Shown one piece after another: positions 1 through 13,156 of a DNA stretch of 60,749 bases. Below the pieces are notes generated by a model. It was not told the origin of the DNA, made no database searches, and saw only the letters and a program-made list of their open reading frames with translations. Every line of letters begins with the position of its first letter. Position 1 is the stretch's first letter. This DNA is from Gekko japonicus (lineage: Eukaryota), in assembly GCF_001447785.1 (NCBI RefSeq), contig NW_015169320.1:1-60749 (forward strand), read 5' to 3'. The translations under genes were made by a program, and so were the position numbers.

Positions 1-639
1 CACCGTGGTCCTGTTTGTTGTAATAGATCTGGGGAGCTAGGCAGGACTGGCCCTGGTTAGTATTTGGAGGAGGGACCACCAAGGAAGTCCTTCGTGGTCA
101 GGGCCGGCTCCAGTCTATTTTGCACATATTTTGTTTTTATTACTTTTATTTTGTAAGGTTCCTTGGGCAGGTTTCTGGAGAGGCAGCATAATTTTCCCCC
201 AAAAGGAATAAATAAATAAACATGATGAAGTTGATGGCTCCCCCAAAGTAGGCATAACCCCCCACACATATTAAAATAGATATGTTATTTTATTTTATTT
301 ATTATGTGTCGTTCTTGCCATGACCTGGACTGTCCAGTCTATCCAGACCTTGTCAGATCTGGGGAGCTAAGCAGGACTGGCCCTGGTTAGTATTTGGAGG
401 AGGGTAGTTGTCTCTCATAGGCTATTCTTCCTACCACCACAGAAGGCATGATATAGTGTGTGTGTGTGTGTGTGTGTTAAGTGCCTTCAAATCACTTCCA
501 ACTTCTCCTCCAAAACATCCTTCAAAATGTCCTATTGTTAGCAGCCTTGCAAACTGAGGGCCATGGCTTCCTTTTGAAGGTGTGTGAGGTGGCAAGATGG
601 TCATTATTGTCCTGAACTTTTTAGTGGCTTAGATTGTAA

Positions 640-905
640 GAATCCAGGTTCAGGGGCATTGTACTTGTGTCCCTATCCAAAGAGGAAAACATATCTTTTT
701 AAACATTTAAAATATATTTAGCTTGTTTTTGAAAACACTTGGAACACCCAGCAGATCAGTAAAAAAAAAAACCCTAGGTTCAGGGTCATTGTACTTGTGT
801 CACTGTCCAATGATGAAAACATATTTTTTTAAACATTTAACATACATTTACCATGTTTTTGAAAACACTTGGAGCACCCAGCAGATCAGTAAAAAAAAAA
901 ACCCC
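640..905. repeat. Diverged tandem duplication (about 130-bp unit)
   Basis: AGGTTCAGGG.CATTGTACTTGTGTC...CAGCAGATCAGTAAAAAAA occurs twice. Confidence 0.8.
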
Positions 906-1403
906 AGAAGAACACAGAAATCATATTAAAACAAACACAGTTTCACAAAGAGTGCATAGAATCCACAACTTTGATTGTTCGTGCCAAACTAGCCCAGAAT
1001 TTCATGCTCTTTGAAATCCCATTTCCAGCAAGGTTGGAAATAACTTTCTGAGATGAAATTGCTGTGCGTATCTTGTGGAAGATGACCAAAGGGGACAGTT
1101 TTTATACCCCATCAGGTTGGTCATTCCACAAAGTGAGAATGCCACAGATTGAAGAGGACACAAGCAAATCACATTATATGATGGATTTTAGAAAAATAAT
1201 TTTTGACCTGAATAGAGCTGGTGAGTGGGTCTTTAGAAGTGTTCTTTCAAGCATGAGACTATCTGGTTATAAAGAGCTATCAACATTAAAACCGGCACCT
1301 TGGATTGTACCCAGGAACAAAATGGCAGCCAATGTAAGTGGTATAAAATGGGCCTGTTTCCTTATTCCAGCAGGTCTCTCTCTGTGCAACCTGAAGTCTC
1401 CAG

Positions 1404-2405
1404 CTATCCCCAACAGCATCTCTCTGGTTTTGATTTGTCTTTTAAACCTGTCACCCTTCTCCTCGATAATCTTATCCTTCTCTTTCTCAGCCTTCGTAGT
1501 GCCTCCTTCACCTGATCGTTCCTCAGACTGTAGATCAGGGGATTGAGAAAGGGTGTCAGAGCAGTGTAGAACACCGTTACTAACTTAGCAACTTCCGACT
1601 CACTCCCTCCACCTGGAATCACATACATCCCTGCTACGGGACCGTAGAAGATCATCACCACCACCAAGTGGAAAGATATGGTAGAGAAAGCCTTCCTACG
1701 ACTGCCTCGGCTAGAAGTTTTCATCAGGGTGAGAATTACAGCACCATACGATAGCACCACGAAGAAGAAGTTGCCCAGAATGACTAGGGCATCTGCAACA
1801 ATTTGACTAATGAGAGGAAAGTTTTCGATTGGAGGGCAGGCCAAAGACAAAATAGGCCCAGGATCACACAGAAAGTGATCAATTACATTTGGGCCACAGA
1901 AGGACAACCTGGATATCAAGGCCACTGGAAAAATATGCCACAGGAACCCAAGGACCCAACATGCTACCACCAGAGCGTAGCAGAAATTTTGGGACATAAT
2001 CTGTGGGTAGCGCAGTGGATGGCAAATGGCCAAGTATCGGTCCAAGGCCATGGCTGAGAGGAATAAACATTCTGTGTCACCGAGAGAGAAGAAGATATAA
2101 AATTGAAGGAAGCAGGCGCTGAAGGAGATGATCCCTTGGGTAGATGCTAGGTCAAAAAGCATCCGAGGCACAGTAGAAGTCACATAACACATCTCAAGCC
2201 AGGAGAAGTTGCTCAGCAGGATGTACATAGGAAGGCGGGCCAGATGGGCATCTAGAACCACCAGTACGATGATGGTGACGTTCTCAGCCAAAGTGACCAC
2301 GTAGAGAATGGTGAAGAAGATGAACAGCCAGAACCGCTTCTGCTGCCCGACTCCAAATCCCAGCAAAATGAATTCCTGCACTCTGGTCCCATTGGCTGGA
2401 TCCAT
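1404..2405 (-). CDS. Olfactory receptor, family-11-like (OR-A), 333 aa, single coding exon
   Basis: MDPANGTRVQEFILLGF start with N-glycosylation site; PMYILLSNFSWLE, MALDRYLAICHPLRY, HFLCDPGPILSLAC, KAFST and [12 protein letters not shown] motifs. Start set at the ATG after TTTCCAG, not at the longer ORF-track start. Confidence 0.93.
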   Translation of the reverse strand: MDPANGTRVQEFILLGFGVGQQKRFWLFIFFTILYVVTLAENVTIIVLVVLDAHLARLPMYILLSNFSWLEMCYVTSTVPRMLFDLASTQGIISFSACFLQFYIFFSLGDTECLFLSAMALDRYLAICHPLRYPQIMSQNFCYALVVACWVLGFLWHIFPVALISRLSFCGPNVIDHFLCDPGPILSLACPPIENFPLISQIVADALVILGNFFFVVLSYGAVILTLMKTSSRGSRRKAFSTISFHLVVVMIFYGPVAGMYVIPGGGSESEVAKLVTVFYTALTPFLNPLIYSLRNDQVKEALRRLRKRRIRLSRRRVTGLKDKSKPERCCWG

Positions 2406-2694
2406 CTGGAAACGGACAACAGAAAGGCAGTCCCTTAATGTAATCAAGGAATCCTCTGTGTGTCTATTGATCCCTTTCCATTGAAAAAGGAAGGCTTCAC
2501 AGACATACCTTTTAGGGTTGGTGAAAGGGCAGGAAGTCTTCACCCATTCTGTGGTTCAGACCACATGGCATTATTCTTCCAAAGGAACTATCATTGTGAT
2601 GAGCTTCTAGATATAAAAAGCAGCTAGAACATATTCTTTGTGAGGTAATTTACTCTAGAATATGCGAAAGACTGGGTCACTGACACTGGCTTCC

Positions 2695-3125
2695 CCTAAT
2701 TTGCCAATGCTCTTGGAAGGTTTCTTTGTAGAAGAGCGTATGTTTCTCTTGACTGTGGGCTCAGTACAAATTTATGCCTCAGTCTCCTTTGCTTCAGAAA
2801 CGGTTCCCGTTTCTGCATTGTTGTAGTATTCAAAATGCTGCTGCGTCTATCAGAAGGTTTACCACAAGTGCCACATCAGGATTTTCTATACGTTGAACCC
2901 ACGTCTAGCAGTAGTGTCCGGCAATTTCACTGCTAGGCTATGGGAAGGAAGCATGGGTGTTATGTGTCAATCACAGCTTTAGTGTAACTGTTGATATACA
3001 GTAGCCTTAGAGAGTGTGTCCTGGGAGAATGACACAATTACCTGTGAAAACAACACTTCTCTAGAGTCAGATAGACTCCCTCAGGCACCATGGCACATAA
3101 ACAGCTTTCACCAGTAATAATCGTT
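2695..3125 (-). promoter_or_regulatory. OR-A upstream conserved module (putative promoter and 5'UTR exon)
   Basis: Homologous by eye to the modules at 10.8, 17.3 and 26.7 kb; O/E-like TCCTGGGAGA near 3019; the CTGAG|GT donor is not conserved in this copy. Confidence 0.5.
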
Positions 3126-3520
3126 TTCATTAATTCTGTATATTGTTACACACTGACTATTAAGAGCAATGAAATGTACTTGTAGCAAGGAGCACTGTCG
3201 CAGTATTATAGCAAGAGTCTCTCCCTGCATGTGGTGGGGTGGATTGTACCGCTATCCTACCACTCCAGGGATCAAATTTTATTTATTTAAAGTATCTATG
3301 CCTCACCTTTCTTTCTGGCTGAAGGTTCAAGCCTTCTTCCAATCTAAGAAGGCTTCCTCCAGCAAGTGGCTTTTCCAGTGGAGGAAGAGCCGCTGACGTT
3401 TGAGACAGGCCTTGGCCTTAAGTTGGAGAAAGACCTTCATCCAATCAAAGGAGGTTTCTTCCAAACTATGGTGCCTTCCTCCAACTTAAGCAGCTCTTCC
3501 AGTGGAGAAAGAGCCACTTA

Positions 3521-3690
3521 AGCCCTGACCTGGATAGCCCAGGCTAGCCCGATCTCGTCAGATCTCGGAAGCTAAGCAGGGTCGACCTTGGCTAGTATTG
3601 GGATGGGTGACCTTCAAGGAATACCAGGGTCACGATGCAGAGGCAGGCAATGGCAAACCACCTCTGAAACGTCTCTTGCCTTAAAAACAA
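3521..3690 (+). mobile_element. 5S rRNA-derived SINE (5S-Sauria-like)
   Basis: GCCCGATCTCGTCAGATCTCGGAAGCTAAGCAGGGTC 5S-like head plus GGCAATGGCAAACCACCTCTG tail. Further copies near 325-400, 5985-6115, 8803-10140 (split), 12305-12600, 25080-25235 and 54335-54440. Confidence 0.8.
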
Positions 3691-3704
3691 GTCTAGCTCG
3701 TTGT

Positions 3705-4235
3705 CGTTGTTCAGTCACACAAGTTGAGTCCGACTCTTTGCGACCCCATGGACAAGATCTCGCCAGGCCCTCCTGTCTTCCGCCGTCCTCTGAAGTTGGC
3801 TCAATTTCATGTTCGTTGCATCTATGACACTGTCTAACCGTCTCATCCTTTGCCGTCCCCGTCTTCTTTGACCTTCAATCTTTCCCAGCATCAGGGTCTT
3901 CTCCAGTGAGTGCTCCCTTCTCATTGGGTGACCAAAGTATTTGAGCTACAGTTTCATTATCTGGCCTTCCAGGGAACAGTCAGGGTTGATTTCTTTTAGG
4001 ATTGACTGATTTGATCTCCTTGCAGTCCAAGGGACTCTCAAGAGTCTTCTCCAGCACCATAGTTCAAAAGAATCTATTCTTCGGCACTCGGCCTTCCTTA
4101 TAGTCCAACTCTCGCAGCCATACATGACTACTGGGAATACCATTGCTTTGACTTTTGTTGGCAGGGTGATGTCTCTACTTTTTATCATGCTGTTTAGGTT
4201 TGCCATCGCTTTCCTCCCAAGGAGCAAGGAGTTAT
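3705..4235 (-). mobile_element. BovB (RTE) LINE, 5'-truncated 3' end
   Basis: KAMVFPVVMYGCESWTI, FELWCWRRLLRVPWTARRSNQSILKEI; (CAA)n-type tail; candidate TSD GCTCGTTGT at 3696-3704 and 4236-4244. Confidence 0.9.
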
Positions 4236-5691
4236 GCTCGTTGTGCATAACGCTAAAAGAGCTAGAACGTCTGGATGCCAGACAAATCAGGATCTCCTGG
4301 CTATGCTACACACAAGGCCATATGACAATTATTGTTATTAGAGCTGCTGAAGATGGAGAAAGGCTCCTTAGTCTGTTGGAACTCGTGGTGGGTGGTGGGT
4401 TTGGGAGGGAAAAGAATGCAGCATGGAGTCCACCCTCCAAAAGCAGCCATTTCCTCCAGGGGGTTGGATTTCGGTAGTCTGGAGATCAGCCATAATTCCG
4501 GGAGATCTCCATCACCCACCAGGAGATTGGTAACTGTACCTGGTCTAGGAATGGGGAACTCCCTAACTGCAACCAGGGCTTTACCCAGGCACAGCGGGGG
4601 CACAGCCGTTGGGGTTGGGGGCCTAGGATCCCACGTTCGGTAACTCCCCCCCCACCAGTACTCCCCTCCCCCCCTATAGACCATACCTCTTCTTATCCTC
4701 TCTGGCTCAAAAGGGGTCCCAGGGAGGAGAAACCAGTCGTTCTCATATTTGTGACGAGCTTTTGGGGAGCGGCCGACAGGATGCTGCGAGGTGGAATCTG
4801 AGCTCCGAGACAATAGAGTTATTCTCTGATTGTTTCTGAAAGATCAGTTTGCAGGTGCTAGCTCTGAACTCTGAAGGGAGCTGAGTCCCCTCTTATGACG
4901 CATCGATGCCGGACAGTATACAAAAATGAACATGGGGGGGCGATGGTTTCGCATCGCATTGATTTTGTTGTATTTCAGTGACAAAATACACGAAAATCAC
5001 ACCGTTGAGGCTGACCACAAAAAAAGCAACAGACAACCTCCATTACTGTATTTATTACATGATATATGCTTTATTTATTTATAACATATATGGTTCCTTG
5101 TATCATACGTCCTCCCTTAACTTATTCAGGCTGGTGGGTCAGACTACATGTGAGATCTCAGAGTGCCTAAGGGGGTTCTGGGCTGTTTCAGTGTGTCTCT
5201 CTGTGTGGTGAACCCCTTTCCTTGTGCCTGCGCCATTTTCACAGTCTTGATCACTGTCTGGGACAGCTATTTGCCCTCAGGGAGAGATATACAGGCACTA
5301 TTTGGGCATCTGCATCTTCTCCCCACAAGGCAGATAGCTTTGGTTAGGAAAACTGGGTGCATGGTAATAATAATAATTCGATTTGATTTATTACGATCAG
5401 AGATCAGCAAATACCTTAAAATGTTACATATAGTTAACAGCAAAAATACAGCCAGACAGTTGATACAGATAAACATGTTAAATAAGGCAAAGTGAATTTT
5501 AAAATATCCCAAGAAGTAATAGTCTTCTGTCTGATTAGGATGGCCATAGCACAAAACCTTGCTACCTTAGCAGTGAAATAATGATAATCATTGTCTCTTT
5601 GCCATATTCCAAACCTCATTTCCCCCCCTGAAATGGACGTTATTGATCTCCTTATTAAATACCATCTACCAAGTATGAATTTTTCACATAA

Positions 5692-5849
5692 NNNNNNNNN
5701 NNNNNNNNNNNNNNNNNNNNNNNNNNNNNNNNNNNNNNNNNNNNNNNNNNNNNNNNNNNNNNNNNNNNNNNNNNNNNNNNNNNNNNNNNNNNNNNNNNNN
5801 NNNNNNNNNNNNNNNNNNNNNNNNNNNNNNNNNNNNNNNNNNNNNNNNN
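5692..5849. other. Assembly gap; others at 14369-14420, 17946-18015, 18662-18729, 55816-55981 and 60579-60718
   Basis: Runs of N. Confidence 1.
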
Positions 5850-6754
5850 GCAGTATAGCTAGGAGATCATAAGATTGTCTGGAAGCCAGAAGTTCTAGCT
5901 CTTTAGCGTTATGCACCACTAGGTGGTGATCTAGACTTGTTTTTGAGGCAAGATGTTCAGAAGTTTGTGGGCTGAATGGAGCCATTGCCTGCCTCTGTGT
6001 CACGACCCTGGTATTCCTGGTATTCCCTGGAAGTTGCCTATCCAAATACTGGCCAGGGCCGACTCTGCTCAGCTTCTGAGGTTTGACAAGATTGGGCTAG
6101 CCTGGGCCATGTAGTAGAGGACTGACCCCGCTCTCCTCCACCCTGTGGCCCAGTCTGCTCCCCTTCTCTCCATCCACTGCTAGTATTTGCAGTTTGGAAA
6201 ACTAAGGGAGATCACTTTAGAGAGCTCCACTTTCCCTCCTCCTTTGGCTCTCTTATCCTGGTCCCCAAACTGAGGAGGGGTCATCCTTGTACTTGCACCA
6301 AAAGTGACATCATCACACTGTGATGTCATAGTGATGCTCTGGTAATTGGGCAAAAATTCTACGGTGGAAATGGCTTCTACTGTAGAATTTTTGCCCAGAT
6401 ACCAAAGCGTCACTGCAACGTTGCCAATGCGATGATGTCACTTCCGGTCCACCCTGAAACTGACACCACCACGTCACCAGCAATGTGGACCTCCCTCCCT
6501 CTCCTGGTAAACCCTCCCACTGGCCAGATGATCAGTGGTAGGGGGCAGGGGATCCCCTACTTCCTCCGGGGGGGACTAGCAACCCTATGCCACCTTGACA
6601 TGGCAGCCACCACCACCACTACCACCACCACCAGCAGCAGCAGCAAAAAAAAAATCTCATGTTTAACCCACCCAAACCATGGTAAGGGGATGGACTGAAA
6701 GATGAGATTGGCTAGAAGACCAAAGCTGGGTTCATAAAAAGAGAGGTGTTCCAT

Positions 6755-7239
6755 GGCCCCGGCCACACGGGCCGGATATCGCGGGGGGGGGGGAGGCGTG
6801 GCTGTTTGCCCCACAGCGAAATAATGCGCGACTGCATGATCAGGCATGGTGGTTAGGGGGGAGGTGCTGATCACACGACGCACCAAGGCACGGCTCGGCA
6901 AATGAGGTTGTGGGTATTTTTAAGCTGAAGTATGCGCATGCTCCGTTGGGTGCTTGTGCGCATTCCTGGATACTTCGAAAAAACCAAAACCTTTTCACAA
7001 TGGGGCATGGGCGGGCGCCGGATGCCACCGGAAACATAATCAGACGCCCGCCCTTGCCCTGCGGTTTCCGGAAACTAGTACCTCCGAGGTATTAGTTTTT
7101 AACTGCGCATCTTCGGAGGGAAGCCTCGGGTGAGCCACGGGAGCTCTACGCTTCCCAGATGTGGCGGTGAGATCGCGCCCAGATAATCCACCTATCTTCT
7201 GTCCCTGTTGCGTGGCTAATGCTCTGTGTGACCACAGCC
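6755..7239. mobile_element. Harbinger/PIF-like MITE
   Basis: Imperfect TIR GGCCCCGGCCACAC...GTGTGACCACAGCC, 3-bp TSD CAT; homologous to 43026-43569 (inverted) and related to 20315-20758. Confidence 0.7.
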
Positions 7240-7291
7240 CATGTACTAGTTGGATTTTTCAACTTTGGTTTCTTCTTTCTTTCCCTCCTTT

Positions 7292-8251
7292 TTACACTGT
7301 CATGGTCCTCCTCTGCAATCTCTCCCTTTTCTTCAGCAACCTGCCCAGCGCCTCTTTCACCTGATTGTTCCTGAGGCAGTAGATCAGGGGGTTGAGAAAG
7401 GGCGTCACCGCAGTGTAGAAAAGTGTCACAGCCTTAGTGACCTCTGACTGCTTTTCTCCACCTGGAGTTAAGTACATCTCTGCCACAGAACCGTAGAAAA
7501 GCGTCACCACCACTAAGTGTAAAGATATGGTGGAGGAGGCCTTCCTGCGATTGCCTTGGTTTGAGGCTTTCAACAGGGTGAACGTCACAACACTATAGGA
7601 CAGCACCACAAAAGAGACGTTGCCTATAACAACAGCATTCATAAAAGTCTTGTACACAATGGGGGCGATGCCTAGTGGAGGGCAGGCCTGAGACAAGATT
7701 GGCACAGGGTCACACAAAAAGTGGTCAATGATGTTGGGACCGCAGAAAGACAACCTGGAGATCAAAACCACGGGGATAATGTGCCACAGGCAACCAATGA
7801 CCCAACCGGTGGCCACTAAGACATAGCAGAAGTTGCGGGACATGATCTGTGGGTATCGCAGTGGATGGCAGATGGCCAAGTACCTATCCAAGGCCATGGT
7901 GGAGAGGAATAAGCATTCGGTGTTGCCGAATGAAAAGAAGAGGTAGAACTGAAGGAAGCAGGAATTGAAGGAGATGATCCCGTAAGGGGATGCCATGTCA
8001 AAGAGCATCCGGGGTACAGTGGTGGTCACATAACAGATCTCCAGCCAGGAGAAATTGCTCAGCAGGATATACATGGGAAGCCGGGACAAGTGGGTGTCCA
8101 GAACCACCAGTGTGATGATGGTGAGGTTCTCAGCCAATGTGACCACGTAGAGAACTGCGAAAAAGATGAGGAGCAGGAACCGTTCCTGTTGCCCAACGGC
8201 AAATCCCACCAAAATGAATTCCTGCACTCCGGTCCTGTTGACCAACTCCAT
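7292..8251 (-). CDS. Olfactory receptor, family-11-like (OR-B), 319 aa
   Basis: Intact ORF with the 7TM OR motifs ([32 protein letters not shown]). Confidence 0.94.
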   Translation of the reverse strand: MELVNRTGVQEFILVGFAVGQQERFLLLIFFAVLYVVTLAENLTIITLVVLDTHLSRLPMYILLSNFSWLEICYVTTTVPRMLFDMASPYGIISFNSCFLQFYLFFSFGNTECLFLSTMALDRYLAICHPLRYPQIMSRNFCYVLVATGWVIGCLWHIIPVVLISRLSFCGPNIIDHFLCDPVPILSQACPPLGIAPIVYKTFMNAVVIGNVSFVVLSYSVVTFTLLKASNQGNRRKASSTISLHLVVVTLFYGSVAEMYLTPGGEKQSEVTKAVTLFYTAVTPFLNPLIYCLRNNQVKEALGRLLKKRERLQRRTMTV

Positions 8252-8871
8252 CTGGAATCAGAAACATCATCATTCACAACATGGACAAACATCATGTGTT
8301 TATCTCAGTATCTATCTCCTTTGAAACAAAAAGGGTTGCAGGCATGCTCTTTCTCTCTCTCTCTTTCAGTCCCACCTACTGCACAGGATGCCTGTTGTGG
8401 AGAGAGGAAGGAAAGGCAATTGTAAGCTACTTTGAGACTCCTCAGGGTAGGGAAAAGTGGGGTATAAAAGCCAATTCTTTTTCTCCTCCTCCTCCTGCAG
8501 GTTTTTATGGTAAATACAACCTGCTTCTGAGAAAACCCAGCCATTAAAAATATGTGCCTGGGACTTCCTTGCTCAAGGTGTGCTATCCCACAGCAAAGGG
8601 CAAGGAAGACAGGGTTCTGCTCTTCTACGGAAACTTCTCCTGCTTTGTGTAGGGCTGGTTATAGCAGAAGGACGAGCAGCGGTGTAAAAAACAGAAGGGG
8701 TTCCCCATATCTTATTGACCTCACTTGACTCTTTTGTCTTTATTTTGAATACACAGTGGCTACTACCTTTAGGATAATTTTCAGCATTTCCAGAGGACAG
8801 CACCCTGACATGGCTGGCCTAGGATAGCCTAATCTCACCAGATCTGTGAAGCTAAGCACGGCCAGCCCTGG

Positions 8872-9353
8872 TGTTAGCCGAAGTGCTTTATCTACAGCAG
8901 TTGGCAATTTAGATGGGTTCTTGCCACTGTTTACCAAGGTCCTGTTCCCACCAAGGGTTAGCAGAGAAGGAGTCGAGGCTGGTGTTGTTGAAATAACTGT
9001 CTTTTACTTAAGAAAATATATCACATACAAACAATATTGATGCACGCACACATTCAGTCAAGCTTCTTAGAAATACAGTATTAAAATAAGCATGTTTGCA
9101 TTAGCAGGTGGGGGTAATGATGGGTGATACTTATCTGTCTTCGCAGCTTTAGTTGTTCCAATGAAGAATAGAGGGGAAGAAATGGAAAACTAAAGGGATC
9201 CACACTACCAGAACTTAGCAGGACGGTGTGGGGATCTCTTGATTGCAGATCAAGAGATCAAAGTAGAGGCAAGGGTTTGGGGATAGCAAGCTGGACAAAA
9301 GGGGAGTATAAAGCAGACAGGGGTTGTTGCGGGGGATGCTAGCTAGTTGATTA

Positions 9354-9411
<58 letters not shown>

Positions 9412-9990
9412 ATGTGACTGGTTCTCTTCTTTTATCGAGGGATCCAGGAGGTGGGTTGTGGCCGTGCCAACCTCCTGGCCCACCTCCCTGTTAGTCCGTC
9501 CCAAAACTAATCCTATTGGTTACCTATAGGAGTGGGAGGTTGCCTATAAGGAGTGGTCAATATTGAAATCTAATACCTTACTCAAGAAAGATATCTGGGC
9601 AGGTGTGAAACCTTGGCGTCAGGATGTTTCATTGAAGTGCTGATCAAGCCGGCCATCCTCTTTGTGAACCAAATGTCCATTTGACAGGAAATACCCATGT
9701 AGAACAAAGCATGGATGTGTTGTACGTGATCCCAACTAGATCTACAATGGGGGCTGTCTCTGCTCAAGTTGTTGTTTTGCTGACAATAATGGAGATGTGT
9801 GGCTGTTAACTGTGTAACTGAAACCTCATTCACATGTAAGGCTTGTGCAGGCACCTTCTATGTGTTACATCATAACAGGTGACTTGAAATGCACAGTTCT
9901 TTGAGCCTATGTGTGTGTGTGCACGGTCCATTGTGTGTGTAGCAATAAATATCAGTCCATAAAGCAAAATATCAAGTTCATTCTCTAACA
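8872..9990 (-). mobile_element. Solo LTR (about 1.1 kb) inserted in a 5S-derived SINE
   Basis: TGTTAG...CTAACA termini, 4-bp TSD CTGG; the SINE sequence resumes exactly after it; internal (GA)n at 9356-9406. Confidence 0.85.
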
Positions 9991-10719
9991 CTGGTTAATA
10001 CTTGGATGAGAGACCACAAGGGACTCCAGGTTCACTATGCAGAAGAAGGCAATGGCAAGCCACCTCTGAATGCTTCTTGCGCTGAAAACCCCAGAAGGGG
10101 TTGCCATAAATTGGCTGCGACTCGACGGCGCTTCCCACCATCAGCAGAGAACAAAGGGGCTTCCTTGTCATTTCTGCCTCACCACTGTGTCACCAGTGGT
10201 TAAACCCTTATAGTTAAACCTTCTTTCTTTCCTAGACTCAGCTTTAGCTTTATGTTGCACCCTGAAGAACTTAACTTACAGGATTCAAGTGGAGGAAAGT
10301 TACACACACCATACTTCATTACCCCTTCTATAGGGATATCCGATCTCATTTTATTACTCCATTTCCAGAGGGTAAGAGCTGGTACTCTGATGACTCAAGT
10401 GTTCACTTTCTTCTGTTTAATTCTAATTGCGAAATAATGGAGGCTGTTGCAAAATTTTTATATTATGCAATCAGAAGATGAGGCTTGAATAGCTAAGTGT
10501 AAGTGACTGATGCATCATAGTATTTCCTCGTATTTCTATGATGTTTTGTGCTTTCATGCCAGTAAAGGTTTTGTGTGTAAGTGGAGGAAAGCAGCTCATC
10601 CAAAAAATCTTTTCAGCGTTAGCAACATTAACCCCAGAACTACAGCTGAGAACTGCAGAGTCTTCTGGTGCTATTCTCTTGACTCATCTCTAGTCAGAAT
10701 TTGATAATGATTTGTCAAC

Positions 10720-11190
10720 ATTTCCCCGAACCAGCCGATATTCTGTCACACATGAATTAGCACATTCCGTGCTAATTCATGAAAAAACCCCACCTTAGCC
10801 TCCTTTGCTTTGAGACCAAATTCTCATTCAGTACCTCAGTAGCGTGAAAATGCCACTCCATCCATCAGAGGGCTCTCCGCAAGCACTGCGTCAGGGTTTG
10901 GTGTGTGTGAGATGCTGTTTGGCATGTGTGTGTGATGCTGGTGCCCGGTTGTGGCATCGATTGTGGGCTGCAAGCTGGTCTTGAATGGACGGGAAGAGTG
11001 AGGCTTTTTACCAAGCAGAGTATGAATCTCATTGTTAAATACCTGGTGGCGGAGGTGTCCCTGAACAATAAAATAATTACCCACCAAGGCCAATTGACTG
11101 TCTTGGCGATGATATGGTTCGCTTCCACAGGTAAATGCTGTTTTCCCAAGTTGAACATGGAACATTATATTATCCACTGCAGTAGTATGT
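10720..11190 (-). promoter_or_regulatory. OR-B upstream module: putative non-coding exon ending 10835 plus promoter
   Basis: CTACTGAG|GTACTG donor; TAATTA next to GTGTCCCTG; paralogous to the other modules. Confidence 0.55.
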
Positions 11191-11722
11191 CTCACCCCAG
11201 AAGACCATCGCCCTAGATCAGGGGGACTTGGAACCTTTGTGGGAATAGCCCTGAGGGAGGCAGTAAGTTAGAAGAGGGAAAGGCAAGGTTGGGACATGAG
11301 GGCCCCCCTCAAGAGTAAGCTTCCTCAAGAGTAAGCTTCCTCAAGAGGCTTCTTTCAAATTAAAACCCTGCTCAAGAATAGGCCAAGTGGCCCAGGAAGT
11401 GGGCATTGCAGAATGGAGGTGGATAAAAAGCCACAGTAGGAAGAAGTGAGGGGGTGATAGGATTGCTAGCTCCGGGTTGGGAGAATACTGGAGATTTTGA
11501 ATCTGGAGCCTGAGGAGGCTGAGGTTTAGGGAGGGGAGAGACCTCAGCAAGTTATAATGCCATAGAGCCCACCTTCCAAAGCAGCCATTTTCATCTTCCA
11601 AAGCCACCAATGGGGTAAAATGCCAAAGCGGCCATTTTCTCAAGGTGAACTGATCTCTGTTGCCTAGAGATCAGTTGTAATCCCAGGAGATCTCCTCCAA
11701 CCATAGGGTTGTGAAATCCAGG

Positions 11723-12119
11723 TGTAAGCTATACTGCCATGGGGGTTGGGGAGTTCATTCTGTGTCTAGTTCATTGCTATTGCATTCCTATCCCTGCTGT
11801 TCTGCCTTTGCTGTAAACGCTTATCTTTACAGATGTGCAGGAGGACGTTGTGTTGTCTGGAGAGCTCCTATGTACCGTGAGAGACTCCTGGTTCCCAGCT
11901 TTAGCCACTTAACGGTTGCCTGACTTATCCCACGTGCGGGAGGGTCCCTAATTGGCCAATGTCTTGGAGGGGGGTGCATACGAATACCCTATATCCTATT
12001 ATGCTCTAGTGGCTGCGGCCATTCCTAACAGTGCCTGTGTTACTGCATCTATAGCTTCGCAATAAAAGTATAACCGTTCCTGAATGTGTGTACTTCGTCG
12101 TTAGCTCTGGGTTCTGACA
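11723..12119 (+). mobile_element. Solo LTR (397 bp)
   Basis: TGTAAG...CTGACA, 5-bp TSD CCAGG, AATAAA at 12061; homologous to 32353-33152. Confidence 0.85.
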
Positions 12120-12874
12120 CCAGGTTGGAAAACAACTGGAGAGTTTGGGAGTGGAGCTTGAGGAGGGTGGGGTTTGGGAATGGGAGGGACGTCAATGGGC
12201 TATGATGCCACCTTCCAAAGCGGCCATTTTCTCCAGGGGAACTGGAGATTTCTGATTTCTGCCACCTGGAGACCACTTGTTGTCCCAGTAGATCTCCAGT
12301 CCCCAGCCTAGCCCAATCTTGTCAGATCTCAGAAGCGAAGCGAGATCAGCCGTATGGATGGGAGACCTCCAAGAAAGTCTTTAGGGTTGTTATGCAGACA
12401 CAGAAAATAGCAAATCACCTCTGAATGTCTCTCACGTTGAAAACCTCATAGGGTTGCCATAAACCAGATCAGCCGTATGGACGGGAGACCTCCAAGGAAG
12501 TCTTAGGGTTGTTATGCAGACACAGAAAATACCAAACCACCTCTGAATGTCTCTCATGTTGAAAACCTCATAGGGTTGCCATAAACCGGCTGTGACTTGA
12601 CAGCCAAAAAAGGAGACCATTGTGGAGGTGCTTGAGGTCACTCCTGGTTACGTTACCAGAAGTGCCGCAACGTTACTTTCCCCCTAATTTCTCTCATGGC
12701 TGTACCAGGGAGCACTGGGAGATGGGCGGTGGTGGGTGAGAGGGTGAGACCTGGTCCCCCTAATGCAGTGGTCAGAGGAAGTGGTGGCCATAAGACCTTG
12801 GGTAGGGCCTCAGTGCCTGGGAGCTGATGCCGAGAGCCTCGACTGAGGCAGGTGGGTGTGGTACTGGCAAGCTA

Positions 12875-13156
12875 GACCGATTTCCCTCAAGCTGCTGCTC
12901 CGCCCTCTTCCCTTTCACCCAGTCGTATGTGTCAATTTCCCACTATTTGCCGCACGGCCGCATTTTGCTCATCAGCTTCACTCGATTCCCCCCGCATTTA
13001 CTCGATCCTCAAAAACCAGGATCGAGTAGACGTGGGGAAAATCAGGTGAAGCTGCGGGGCAAAATGCAGCTGCACATCAAATAGTGAGAAATTGAGACAT
13101 ACGATCAGGGGAAAGGGAAGAGCGACGGCTGATCAGCAGCTTGTGGGAAATTGGTC
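12875..13156. mobile_element. Palindromic MITE
   Basis: GACCGATTTCCC...GGGAAATTGGTC termini; internal arms centred on CTCGATCCT-N-AGGATCGAG. Confidence 0.65.

Noticed and set aside
2406-2543. N-terminal extensions of OR ORFs in the ORF track (also 14660-14680 and 24422-24475)
   Set aside because: They are not conserved among paralogues and run through a splice acceptor, so they are intronic.
3540-3630. 5S rRNA gene
   Set aside because: Diverged, lacks the true 5S ends and is fused to a SINE tail; many dispersed copies.
10836-11195. Conserved protein-coding ORFs in the upstream modules (also 17335-17613)
   Set aside because: DNA homology crosses reading frames and the peptides are not conserved.
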